The position numbers and the translations under genes were made by a program. A stretch of 64,000 bases of DNA. It comes from a virus. Taxonomy: Duplodnaviria; Heunggongvirae; Uroviricota; Caudoviricetes. The first letter of the stretch is position 1. Every line of letters begins with the position of its first letter. Positions 51,822-60,074 of this stretch are shown here, piece by piece. Location: the IMG/VR virus record IMGVR_UViG_3300010396_000041; one strand, 5' to 3'. Below the pieces are notes generated by a model. The model was not told the DNA's origin. It made no database searches and saw only the letters and a list, made by a program, of their open reading frames with translations.

Positions 51822-52414
51822 GCCTTGTCTCCTCGGGCCTTGACGAAGTCCCCGAGCCGCGCCCGTGCCCATTGAGAGGGTAGGGCGCTGATGTCCGCAG
51901 GCTGAACATTGTCGGTGCCCAGACGCATGGCGAGCTTGGCCAGGGAGTCGGCGCACTCGTTGAGAGGGTGGCCGATGTGACCGGGCTGCCACAGGTAGTC
52001 GATCTCCGGGTGCGTAGCGACGAGCGCTGCGAAGTCTTCCAGTCTCGGCTGGGGGACGTTCTCCGGCTGATAGAACAGGGGACGGTGGCGCTTGTACTCC
52101 GGGGGGAGTATGTCCTGGTCACCGTTGCGCCAGGCCGTCAAGAACTTCACCGCGTCCTGAGAGTCAGTCAGTACGGTGATACGTGCGCCGAGCCCACGCT
52201 TGTGGAGCGCGTAGTAAACGGCGTACAGCTCATATACGGCGTTGTCAGCGAGCACCGGTTTCACGGTGCGTAGACGTGCCGCCCACGTGCCGTCAGTGGC
52301 GACGTGGGCAAGACCGATGCAGCCGGTCTCTGAACTGATGGCAGCGTCAGCGGCGATGATCAGATCGCCGGGGATGGGCTCGACGGCGCCGTCCATGGTG
52401 TATCGACGCCGCAT
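51818..52414 (-). CDS. ribonuclease H (198 aa)
   Basis: DGA...GC.G...TDSQ...QPGHIGHPLNECADSLAK. Confidence 0.7.
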   Translation of the reverse strand: MRRRYTMDGAVEPIPGDLIIAADAAISSETGCIGLAHVATDGTWAARLRTVKPVLADNAVYELYAVYYALHKRGLGARITVLTDSQDAVKFLTAWRNGDQDILPPEYKRHRPLFYQPENVPQPRLEDFAALVATHPEIDYLWQPGHIGHPLNECADSLAKLAMRLGTDNVQPADISALPSQWARARLGDFVKARGDKA

Positions 52415-52427
52415 GGAGGTCTCCTTT

Positions 52428-52598
52428 CTAGGTGCGTGCCCGGTGGCGGGCGCGCGCGGCGGTCAGGCTTTCGGGGGTGGTGACTGAGCAGTAGATGGTC
52501 GGGTCTACCTGGGAGCGCAATTCTTTGAGCGCCGCTCGCACGCTGGCGTGATTGAGCTTGCCAGCGCGCTGGAGCAACAGCGTCGGGTCCTTACGCAA
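52428..52598 (-). CDS. possible small protein (about 56 aa, TTG start)
   Basis: GGAAGGAG 10 nt upstream of TTG, downstream of the motif copy at 52647. Weak. Confidence 0.25.
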   Translation of the reverse strand: MRKDPTLLLQRAGKLNHASVRAALKELRSQVDPTIYCSVTTPESLTAARARHRART

Positions 52599-52646
52599 GG
52601 TTGCCGAGCTCCTTCCGCTTAATCGGTAGCGGCGGGAATGCCGCTT

Positions 52647-52661
52647 TGAGTAGCGTAGCAC
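52647..52661 (-). promoter_or_regulatory. conserved motif TGAGTAGCGTAGCAC (leftward member of a divergent pair)
   Basis: Back-to-back with 52706-52720. Confidence 0.55.
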
Positions 52662-52705
52662 GCGAGAGGGGGTGTACCCCAGAGTCAGGCCCTCGCGCTG
52701 GTCTC

Positions 52706-52720
52706 ATGCTACGCTACTCA
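52706..52720 (+). promoter_or_regulatory. conserved motif ATGCTACGCTACTCA (rightward member of a divergent pair)
   Basis: 31 nt upstream of GTG 52752 (queE). Confidence 0.6.
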
Positions 52721-52751
52721 GGTAAGGATCAGCTCACCCCGAAAGGCCCCC

Positions 52752-53495
52752 GTGGACAACCTTCTCGTCAACGAGATCTTCGGACCCACCATTCAAGGAG
52801 AGGGCGCAGCCGCTGGCAGGCACTGCCTGTTCGTGCGCCTGGCCCTGTGCAACCTCGAATGCTCCTGGTGCGACACCCCCTACACCTGGGCGCTGACCCC
52901 GCAGAAGGCAGCCAAGCACGCCAGCGGCAAGCAGTACGACAAGACCACCCAGGTACGCGAGATGACTCCGGGCCAGGTCATCGACGCACTCACCAACCTG
53001 TGGAACATCAAGGTCAGTCCGACCATGGTGGTGGTCTCCGGCGGCGAACCGCTGATGCAGCGCAATCAGCTTCCCGAGCTGGCGCGCAGGCTTCATGACC
53101 TGGGCTGCCCGCTGCACATCGAAACTGCGGGCACGCTCATTCCCCCGAGTGAGCTCACCGACGGGGTCGCTCAGTACAACGTCTCGCCCAAGCTGGCCAA
53201 CAGCGGCAATGTGTTGACCAAGCGGTTCAAGCCCTCCGTGCTCGCTCACTTCGCCAGCCTCGATCAGGCGTGGTTCAAGTTCGTCGCGACCTCTCCCGCT
53301 GACCTCGATGAGATCGATGGGATTGTGGCGATGACCGGCATTCGTGCCGATCGGGTCATGATCATGCCTGAGGGGGTGACCCCTGGCGGGAACCTGGCCG
53401 TGGGCAGGGCAATCGCCGATGCTGTGATCGGCCGTGGCTTTGGTCTGACCTTGAGGAGCCATATCTTGCTTTGGGGCGATGAGAGAGGGCGCTAG
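52752..53495 (+). CDS. queE: 7-carboxy-7-deazaguanine synthase, radical SAM (247 aa)
   Basis: CNLECSWCDTPYTW cluster. SGGEPL. Confidence 0.85.
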   Translation: MDNLLVNEIFGPTIQGEGAAAGRHCLFVRLALCNLECSWCDTPYTWALTPQKAAKHASGKQYDKTTQVREMTPGQVIDALTNLWNIKVSPTMVVVSGGEPLMQRNQLPELARRLHDLGCPLHIETAGTLIPPSELTDGVAQYNVSPKLANSGNVLTKRFKPSVLAHFASLDQAWFKFVATSPADLDEIDGIVAMTGIRADRVMIMPEGVTPGGNLAVGRAIADAVIGRGFGLTLRSHILLWGDERGR

Positions 53496-53534
53496 AGAAA
53501 GCTGGGCGGGCCTCTTTGCGGAAGCCCGCCCGCC

Positions 53535-53549
53535 ATGCTACGCTACTCG
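53535..53549 (+). promoter_or_regulatory. conserved motif variant ATGCTACGCTACTCG
   Basis: 63 nt upstream of GTG 53613. Confidence 0.5.
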
Positions 53550-53612
53550 ACATCGGCAACGCCCCCACAGCTGAACCTCCATTCACCACAACCCAGCGAA
53601 AGGACACCACTG

Positions 53613-54461
53613 GTGCCCGAAACCCTGATCAACCCGGTCGTCAACGCGCCGGACCCCACGTGGGTGCTCATCACTCCCGAGATGGCCGCAGAGTGGCTGA
53701 AGGAGCTCAACACCCACAACCGGCGGCTCAACATGGGCCACGTCGAGTCGCTGTCGCGCGACATGATGGCCGGTAAGTGGCTGCCGAACAACAACGCCAT
53801 CGCCTTCGGCATCAACCCGGAAGGCCGGGAAGTCCTCCTCGACGGACAGCACCGCCTGGCCGCCATCCGCCGCGCCGGGGTCGCCATCCCGATGCTGGTC
53901 CAGCGTGGCCTGCCCATGGACTCGCAGAAGGCCATGGACATCAACCGGGCGCGCACCTACAAGGACCAGCTGCACCTGGACGACATCAAGAACTCCTCGA
54001 CCATCGCCGCCGTGCTCCGGCGCATCTGCCTGTGGGAGGCAGGGTCCTACCGTTCCAACAACTCGACGTTCAAGCCCACGCGCGCCGAGATGGACGAGAT
54101 GTTCGCCGCGCACCCCGACCTCGTCAAGGACGCGGACTGGGCACGGGGCCGGGCAGCTTCACTCCAGCTGGCCCCGACGGTGGCAACCTTCGTGCGGTGG
54201 CTGCTGCGCGAGACCAACGAGAAGGAAGGCATCTGGTTCACCGACCGGATGTACGACCTGCACGAGCTGCCGCGCGACCACATCATCCAGGTGCTTCACC
54301 GGCGTATCTCTCGGGAGCGGGAGATGCGCGCGTACGGGCCGGATGACTACACGGCTCTGATCATCAGGGCCTGGAACTACTACCGGCGCGGCGAGACCCC
54401 CGTGAAGATCCAGATGCCGGGAATGCTGACCAACGAGACGTTCCCGCGTCCGGTGGTCTGA
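53613..54461 (+). CDS. DGQHR-domain (DndB/ParB-like) protein (282 aa)
   Basis: ORF 53535..54461 trimmed to GTG 53613 (GAAAGGA RBS). LLDGQHRLAAIRRAG. Confidence 0.6.
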   Translation: MPETLINPVVNAPDPTWVLITPEMAAEWLKELNTHNRRLNMGHVESLSRDMMAGKWLPNNNAIAFGINPEGREVLLDGQHRLAAIRRAGVAIPMLVQRGLPMDSQKAMDINRARTYKDQLHLDDIKNSSTIAAVLRRICLWEAGSYRSNNSTFKPTRAEMDEMFAAHPDLVKDADWARGRAASLQLAPTVATFVRWLLRETNEKEGIWFTDRMYDLHELPRDHIIQVLHRRISREREMRAYGPDDYTALIIRAWNYYRRGETPVKIQMPGMLTNETFPRPVV

Positions 54462-54473
54462 ACGCACGTTCGC

Positions 54474-54500
54474 TCTGGCCCCCTGCTTCGGCGGGGGGCC
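54474..54500 (+). terminator. hairpin GGCCCCCTGCTTCGGCGGGGGGCC
   Basis: Follows the stop at 54461. Confidence 0.55.
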
Positions 54501-54520
54501 AGCGTCATATAGGGGTAATC

Positions 54521-55012
54521 ACTGTGTTGATTTCACGGGGCGACGCGATCGTCGCCATCGCCATGTCCATCGAAGCCGGTCAGTATGTGATCTCTATCCC
54601 ACCGGCTATAGCCGTGTCGGTGATGGAGTCGCTGACGGAACTCAATCCGACGCACTATCTGGATAAGGGCGCGCCGGAGATCATGGTCGCTGACGGGGAG
54701 AATGCGATCACCGCCGTAGGGGCGATGGGCATGTATCAATCGATCTTCGGAGAGCAGAACATCGCCTCGGTGGCGGTGCTGCCCCCTGGCACCCCGCCGG
54801 AGCGGGTGAAGGCGGCGATCTCACGGGGGAGCATCGCGCCGGTGGAGCAGGTGCCGAGCCTGATTCTGCTCTCGCAGCCGGACGCGGCGGACCCGGAGAT
54901 CACCTATGTGGTGGACCTGATGATCGAGGCGCTGGCGGCCTCGGAGCCTGAGCACGCGGCGTACCTGAAGGAGGCCGCGAAGGCATACGAGGAGAAGTAC
55001 GGCGACGAGTAA
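54521..55012 (+). CDS. hypothetical protein (163 aa)
   Basis: ORF 54524..55012 extended to GTG 54521 (AGGGG RBS). Confidence 0.5.
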   Translation, partial: TVLISRGDAIVAIAMSIEAGQYVISIPPAIAVSVMESLTELNPTHYLDKGAPEIMVADGENAITAVGAMGMYQSIFGEQNIASVAVLPPGTPPERVKAAISRGSIAPVEQVPSLILLSQPDAADPEITYVVDLMIEALAASEPEHAAYLKEAAKAYEEKYGDE

Positions 55013-55025
55013 CGCTGGTGCCGGT

Positions 55026-55052
55026 GGCGCCCTATCGATCTTGGTAGGGCGC
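55026..55052 (+). terminator. hairpin GGCGCCCTA TCGATCTTGG TAGGGCGC
   Basis: Follows the stop at 55012. Confidence 0.5.
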
Positions 55053-55102
55053 TACTGTGTCATGCCGGGAGGTGGCCGAGCGGGAACGTCGCCCGGCCCG
55101 AT

Positions 55103-55117
55103 AGAGTGACGTAGCAT
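55103..55117 (-). promoter_or_regulatory. conserved-motif-like sequence AGAGTGACGTAGCAT in the minus orientation, upstream of a + gene (anomalous orientation)
   Basis: Seen directly. No convincing minus-strand gene to its left. Confidence 0.3.
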
Positions 55118-55207
55118 GACATGAGATCCGAAAGAGAGGCCCCCGGGTCAGTGGGGGCCGCTCTCGGATGCACAGGATCACGCACAACCAGCAACAGGGA
55201 GGCTAGC

Positions 55208-56401
55208 ATGACCAACGGGCAGCCGCAGCCCATCGCCCGCCAGACCCATGGGCCCGAAAGCGCCCCAGAAACGCCCGGAGAGCGCTTCTCCGCCGCTCCC
55301 GACCCCGCCGCCGCCCCTGACATCGCTCAGGCAGTAATCGCCTCTCAGCTGCCTTCCTCGTCCAAGCTGACGATGCTCACGCTCGCCGCGCTCGGCGACG
55401 TCGTTCAGATCGGCCTGGAGAGCCTGGTGAAGCTCACCGGGTTGACCAAGCCGACGGTACGGGTGCATTTGTCCGCCCTGGAGAACGACGGCTGGTTGCT
55501 GATTGACCGGCCCAGCGCCGAGGACAGCGCCCGTCGTATCCCCCCTATTTACCGCCTCGCCGTACCGGCCGAGATCTTTCACACGGGTCAAATGGCTTGC
55601 CCTGTTAACGTGTTTACAGGTCAAGCCATTATCCCCGTCACGGGTGAAATGACTTACCCTGTTAAGGCCTTTACAGGTCAAGTCATTTCACCCCCGCGCG
55701 GGAGCGCGCGCGCGCACTGCCTTTCTGAAAACCTAGATATCTATACTTCAGTTAGTTCTTCTCTCTCAGTGAGCGAAGCGAACGGTAACGCGCGAGGAGT
55801 GATCGACGAAGCGGCTGCGCCGCTGCCGCTCCCTTCGGTCGCTGAGATCGAACTCCGCACGGTGCCGTCGAAGCCCACCCGCAAGGCCACCCCGAACGAC
55901 TCGATGGAGTTCGACCGGTTCTGGAAGGGCTACCCCCGGAAGATCGGCAAGGGCGCCGCCCGCCAGGCCTGGGCGAAGCACGTCATCGCCGCCCGGATCG
56001 ACGTCGAACTGGTGATCTCCGCCGCCGAGTTCTTCGGACTCACCCGGGCCGGGCAGGACCCGAAGTACACCCCGCATGCCTCGACCTGGCTTAGCCAGCA
56101 GCGCTGGGAGGACACCCCGGACCCCGAGTACCGGGAGCTGAACAAGGCTGAGCAGCGTACGGCGCACAACCTGTCGCTGGTCGTCGCCGCTGCCGAGCGC
56201 GAAGGCACCAACCCGTTGTCGCTGCTCTTCCCGGACGAGGCTGAGCAGGCGCGGCTGAAGGCGGAGGCCGATGCCTGGTACCGGGGAGAGCCGCTGCCGC
56301 CGCGCCCGGTCGCCCCCAGTGCCCCCCAGGAGGCGCGGAGAGGCGGCTCTCCCGCCCTCGAAGGGGCAGAGTGGGGCCAGGGAAGGGGTCGCCTTTTCTG
56401 A
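55208..56401 (+). CDS. replication-initiator/replisome-organiser-like protein (397 aa)
   Basis: ORF 55121..56401 from M30 (GGGAGG RBS). Winged-HTH (LTMLTLAALGDVVQIGLESLVKLTGLTKPTVRVHLSALENDGWL). Three about 12-aa repeats (xPVxxFTGQ). C-terminal FDRFWKGYPRKIGKGAARQAWAKH. Confidence 0.55.
   Translation: MTNGQPQPIARQTHGPESAPETPGERFSAAPDPAAAPDIAQAVIASQLPSSSKLTMLTLAALGDVVQIGLESLVKLTGLTKPTVRVHLSALENDGWLLIDRPSAEDSARRIPPIYRLAVPAEIFHTGQMACPVNVFTGQAIIPVTGEMTYPVKAFTGQVISPPRGSARAHCLSENLDIYTSVSSSLSVSEANGNARGVIDEAAAPLPLPSVAEIELRTVPSKPTRKATPNDSMEFDRFWKGYPRKIGKGAARQAWAKHVIAARIDVELVISAAEFFGLTRAGQDPKYTPHASTWLSQQRWEDTPDPEYRELNKAEQRTAHNLSLVVAAAEREGTNPLSLLFPDEAEQARLKAEADAWYRGEPLPPRPVAPSAPQEARRGGSPALEGAEWGQGRGRLF
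55560..55770 (+). repeat. two about 55-bp direct repeats, each an inverted repeat (AATGGCTTG..CAAGCCATT; GAAATGACTT..AAGTCATTTC), followed by a locally AT-rich patch (55731-55770)
   Basis: Seen directly. Lies inside the initiator-like gene. Confidence 0.55.
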
Positions 56402-56450
56402 GCGCTCCTAGCCCCCGGTTGTACCGATCGACCAGAGACCAGGAGTGATC

Positions 56451-56975
56451 ATGAACCAGGACCAGGCGGCAGCCCTGCTCGCCTACATCTCGGCCATCGA
56501 CCGCCGCCCGATCCAGGACGGCGACTCGGTGCTATGGGCCGATCTGCTTGACGACATTCCGTATGACCCGGCCAAGGCGGCGGTGCGGGCTCACTACCGC
56601 GAAGAGTCGCGGTGGATTACTCCGGCAGAGGTTCGGCGGCGGGCGCTGGCGAGCCGAGCCGAGGCGACTCGCCGCCCCCTACCGCCCGGGCCCGAAGCCG
56701 TGCCAGACGCTGACCCAGACGATGAGCCCGGATACAGGCGGGCGCTGGCTGAAGGCCGCTGGCGCGAACCCGACCCGGAGGCAAGACCGCGCCCGGTCGC
56801 CGAGCTTCTGGCGGGCTACGGCGCAGTCACCGTGATCCCGCCAGAAGAGCCCTCCGGCCCGCTGGCGGTGCCCTGCCCGATGCGCTCGTGCGGCGCGAAG
56901 GCGGGCGAGGCCTGCCGGAATATGTTCGGGCGGGAAAGGGACCCGCATCCGGTACGACGCCGCGACCCTGGGTGA
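56451..56975 (+). CDS. hypothetical protein (174 aa)
   Basis: ORF 56445..56975. ATG 56451 with AGGAGTG RBS. Confidence 0.5.
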   Translation: MNQDQAAALLAYISAIDRRPIQDGDSVLWADLLDDIPYDPAKAAVRAHYREESRWITPAEVRRRALASRAEATRRPLPPGPEAVPDADPDDEPGYRRALAEGRWREPDPEARPRPVAELLAGYGAVTVIPPEEPSGPLAVPCPMRSCGAKAGEACRNMFGRERDPHPVRRRDPG

Positions 56976-57028
56976 TCTTGACCATTGGTCAATGATTTGG
57001 CTACACTGCTCCCGAAAGGAGGGGCGCC

Positions 57029-57463
57029 ATGGAAAAGCCCGTTACCTCAAAGGCCTGTAGTCGGTGCGGGAAGATGCGTCCCGCCAACCAGTACCGAGTG
57101 ATCCGTTCCCGCAAGACCGGGAAAACCCGGCTCCACTCGTGGTGTATGCAATGCCAGAGCGAATACATGGCATTGAAATGGGAGGCCACTGATACGCCCG
57201 CGCGGCGCACCAGTGAAGCCAAGCGAGTGCGCGCCTACCAGAAGGACCCGAAGGTAGCCGCACGGCGCTCCGCACGCTCGGGAGCCCAGTACCGGGCTCT
57301 CGCAGCGCTGCGGGTGCGTCACCCTGATGAGTACGAGGTCTTGCGCACCCGCCTCGGTGCACGCTCGTACCCGGCTCTCGCCGCTCTGCGCGAAGCGCAC
57401 CGCGACGAATACCAGCAGCTGTACGACGAGCAGCTGCGGGTGGCCGGAATTGAGCTGGCGTAA
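57029..57463 (+). CDS. zinc-ribbon protein (144 aa)
   Basis: CSRCGK...CMQCQ. GAAAGGAGGGG RBS. Confidence 0.5.
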   Translation: MEKPVTSKACSRCGKMRPANQYRVIRSRKTGKTRLHSWCMQCQSEYMALKWEATDTPARRTSEAKRVRAYQKDPKVAARRSARSGAQYRALAALRVRHPDEYEVLRTRLGARSYPALAALREAHRDEYQQLYDEQLRVAGIELA

Positions 57464-57674
57464 GTCAGCCGCGTGCCTCGCTGTCGAGGAGAAATGGATC
57501 TTCAATGAGATCCGCCCCGACAGCGAGGACGCATATCGTGCCGGTAGAATCTGTGCTGATTGTCCAGTCCTCCGTGAGTGCTACCAGTGGGCATTGGACG
57601 AGAAACATTACGAGGGAATCGCCGCCGGTTGGATCTGGCTCGATTCGGCATGGCATCGGAGGCAGCGGTGTTGA
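57450..57674 (+). CDS. WhiB-like Fe-S transcription factor (74 aa, TTG start)
   Basis: Frame of ORF 57327..57674. C-x19-C-x2-C-x5-C (CLAV...ICADCPVLREC). No ATG/GTG in frame after the upstream stop. Confidence 0.5.
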   Translation: MSWRKSAACLAVEEKWIFNEIRPDSEDAYRAGRICADCPVLRECYQWALDEKHYEGIAAGWIWLDSAWHRRQRC

Positions 57675-58042
57675 AGCGTAAGTCTCGGCGCCCCACGGGC
57701 CCGAGCGTCGGGGTACGCGAAGAGGTCTGGGAGCGCGCCGGGGGGTACTGCGAGAGGTGCGGGAAGGCGATCGGCACCTCTGCTATGTCAGTGCATCACC
57801 GGCGCCCCCGCCGCATGGGGGGCACCACTGATCCGACGGTGAACACCCCCGCCAATCTGGCGATCTTGTGCGGGTCGGGCACCACGGGGTGTCACGGGGA
57901 GATCGAAAGCCACCGCACCGAGGCGTACGCCGACGGCTGGCTGCTGCATGCAGGACAGGACCCTGCTGACGTTCCGGTGCGCCTGCGCGGCGGGCCGATG
58001 ATCTTCCTGACCCCCGACGGCGGGTACCGCTCTCTGGTCTAA
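57650..58042 (+). CDS. HNH endonuclease (130 aa)
   Basis: ORF 57578..58042 from M25. CERCGK...HHRRPRRMGG...N...CGSGTTGCHGEIE. Confidence 0.75.
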   Translation: MASEAAVLKRKSRRPTGPSVGVREEVWERAGGYCERCGKAIGTSAMSVHHRRPRRMGGTTDPTVNTPANLAILCGSGTTGCHGEIESHRTEAYADGWLLHAGQDPADVPVRLRGGPMIFLTPDGGYRSLV

Positions 58043-58043
58043 A

Positions 58044-58066
58044 GGGTGGTGCGTTGAGCCACCCGC
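58044..58066 (+). terminator. hairpin GGGTGGTGCGTTGAGCCACCC
   Basis: Follows the stop at 58042. Confidence 0.45.
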
Positions 58067-58073
58067 TTGCGCT

Positions 58074-58088
58074 ATGCTACGCTACTCC
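58074..58088 (+). promoter_or_regulatory. conserved motif variant ATGCTACGCTACTCC
   Basis: 34 nt upstream of ATG 58123. Confidence 0.55.
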
Positions 58089-58122
58089 CGTGCCAGAGAG
58101 CCTGGCATGCGAAGGAGTACGC

Positions 58123-58374
58123 ATGAAGATCTACCTGCTCAGAGAATCCAGCGGAGCGCCCGAAGACTTCTGGCCGCTCTCCGCCCACCGCACCAAGGAC
58201 GGCGCGGTCACCCGCATGCGCGAAAAGGCCGACGAGTACGGCCTGACCGTACGTCCCTACGGGCCCAACGACGGACCCAGCGGACCCGACGGCTACACCG
58301 GCGAGCTCCAGGCGTTCCCCAAGTACCACGACGGGCGACACCTGTTCATCGGCGAGATGGAGCTGGAGGACTGA
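58123..58374 (+). CDS. hypothetical protein (83 aa)
   Basis: ORF 58054..58374 from M24. GAAGGAG RBS. Confidence 0.55.
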   Translation: MKIYLLRESSGAPEDFWPLSAHRTKDGAVTRMREKADEYGLTVRPYGPNDGPSGPDGYTGELQAFPKYHDGRHLFIGEMELED

Positions 58375-58790
58375 TGCCAACCGCAACCGACATGCGGGTC
58401 ATCCTCGACCCGGTCCTGAAGCCAACCGTCTCCTACGGCGACGGCTACACCATCTACCGCGAGATCGAATCAGCCTTCGGTCAAGCGATCCGCCGTTCCA
58501 TCACCATGGACGTCCGGCCGTTCTTCGTGCGCATGCACGCCGACATGACCGTACGGCCCTTCACCGACCCGCTTACCGGCACAGAGCGCTGGGCGCTGGT
58601 CGTCGACAATGACGACGTCGTGATCATGCGCGACTTCCCGGCCAAGCGACACGCGATCCGCTTCTACGAGCAGCTGGCCCGCGACCTCTCCGCCGACCAT
58701 CGCGCCATCCACGGCGACCGCGCCCACGTCTGGGACTTCAGCGACGTCACGGGCGTGCCAACCAACGGAAGGCACTCCGATGGTTGGTGA
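58374..58790 (+). CDS. hypothetical protein (138 aa)
   Basis: ORF 58074..58790 from M101. TGATG coupling. Confidence 0.55.
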   Translation: MPTATDMRVILDPVLKPTVSYGDGYTIYREIESAFGQAIRRSITMDVRPFFVRMHADMTVRPFTDPLTGTERWALVVDNDDVVIMRDFPAKRHAIRFYEQLARDLSADHRAIHGDRAHVWDFSDVTGVPTNGRHSDGW

Positions 58791-59085
58791 CCTCATCGAG
58801 CACCTGACCTCCCTGGGCATCCCGATCAAGGAATCCATAGAGGCCAGGCGACGCGGCGGCGTCACCGCCCGCTGGGTCGGCACCGAACTGCACGTCAGCG
58901 TGTACTACGGGTTCGACCGCTCCCCCGACTCCTGGGACATCAACGTCGTCGACTACACCGCGCAACTCGCCACCATCCTGCGCTCCCTTGGCAGGCACGT
59001 GGCGATGGTGAAGATGGACGAGCAACACGGGGCGATGCACACCTTCGTCCCGCCCACCGATCCCTGGAGCCCTCGTGCATCCTGA
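58780..59085 (+). CDS. hypothetical protein (101 aa)
   Basis: ORF track. Confidence 0.5.
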   Translation: MVGDLIEHLTSLGIPIKESIEARRRGGVTARWVGTELHVSVYYGFDRSPDSWDINVVDYTAQLATILRSLGRHVAMVKMDEQHGAMHTFVPPTDPWSPRAS

Positions 59086-59533
59086 CGAGATTGCCACCCT
59101 GCGACTCAACGGCCAGTTCTACGGCGAAGCCGGACTAGCTGAGCTACGAGAGTTCAGGATCGATCTCAACAGCAAGGACTGGGTAGTGCGCTGCCGCGAC
59201 TGCCGCACCGAGATCGTCGAGTACGCAGGCGGCCTTTGGGCGGACGTCAACGGCGAACACGCCTGCCAAGGTCTTGACGGCGATGGCACGCTACGCCCGC
59301 ACCAGCCAGGCGAGAAGCCTGTCCCGCTCGACTGGTGCGAGCGTGCCCTGATCATCCCCGACACCGCTCAGGACTCGGTCACCGCCCGCATCGACTTGCC
59401 AGGGGCAGCGTTCTGCCTGACCCTGCGGCGCGAAAGCGACGGGACCATCACCCTGCACCTGCCCCACCCCGAACACGCCAGCAGCCGCAAGCTCATCGAG
59501 CAGGCCCCTGGCATCTACGAAATCACCGAATAA
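59075..59533 (+). CDS. hypothetical Cys-containing protein (152 aa)
   Basis: ORF track, GTG start. Confidence 0.5.
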   Translation: MHPDEIATLRLNGQFYGEAGLAELREFRIDLNSKDWVVRCRDCRTEIVEYAGGLWADVNGEHACQGLDGDGTLRPHQPGEKPVPLDWCERALIIPDTAQDSVTARIDLPGAAFCLTLRRESDGTITLHLPHPEHASSRKLIEQAPGIYEITE

Positions 59534-59543
59534 GGAGCTACAC

Positions 59544-60074
59544 ATGGTTCAGAGCCCGAAGGTCCACCCCGACAAGGCCGCCAAGCGGATCGAGGAACTG
59601 CTGCGGGGAGGAGCGTCCATCAAGACCATCGCCGACGCGGCTGGCCTGCACCCGACCGTGCTCCACCGTATCCGCTCCGGCCGTATCGACCTGATCGAGC
59701 GCGAGACCCAGACGAAGATCCTCGCCGCGAAGCCGAAGATCGGCCCGCAGATCGAAGTCACCGGCACCCGCCGCCGCCTCCAGGCGATTGCCGCGCTCGG
59801 CTACTCGCTGGAAGACGCGTGCGGCGGCACCGGCATTAAGCAGCCGCTGATCACCAACATCCGCACCGGCAAGAACGTCACCACCTCGCCCGAGAACGCG
59901 GCGGCAGTTGCCGAGTTCTACGAGATCATCAAGGACACCCCGGCGGCGAACACCGCTGGCTCCCGCCGCGCGATCTCCTTCGCCCACAAGCACGGCTGGG
60001 TGCCCCCGCAGGCCTGGGAAGGGCTCGACATCGACGACCCGAATGTCGTACCCGGGGAATACGATGCCGACTAG
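59544..60074 (+). CDS. hypothetical protein, possible HTH (176 aa)
   Basis: ORF track. AAGGAG RBS. Confidence 0.55.
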   Translation: MVQSPKVHPDKAAKRIEELLRGGASIKTIADAAGLHPTVLHRIRSGRIDLIERETQTKILAAKPKIGPQIEVTGTRRRLQAIAALGYSLEDACGGTGIKQPLITNIRTGKNVTTSPENAAAVAEFYEIIKDTPAANTAGSRRAISFAHKHGWVPPQAWEGLDIDDPNVVPGEYDAD

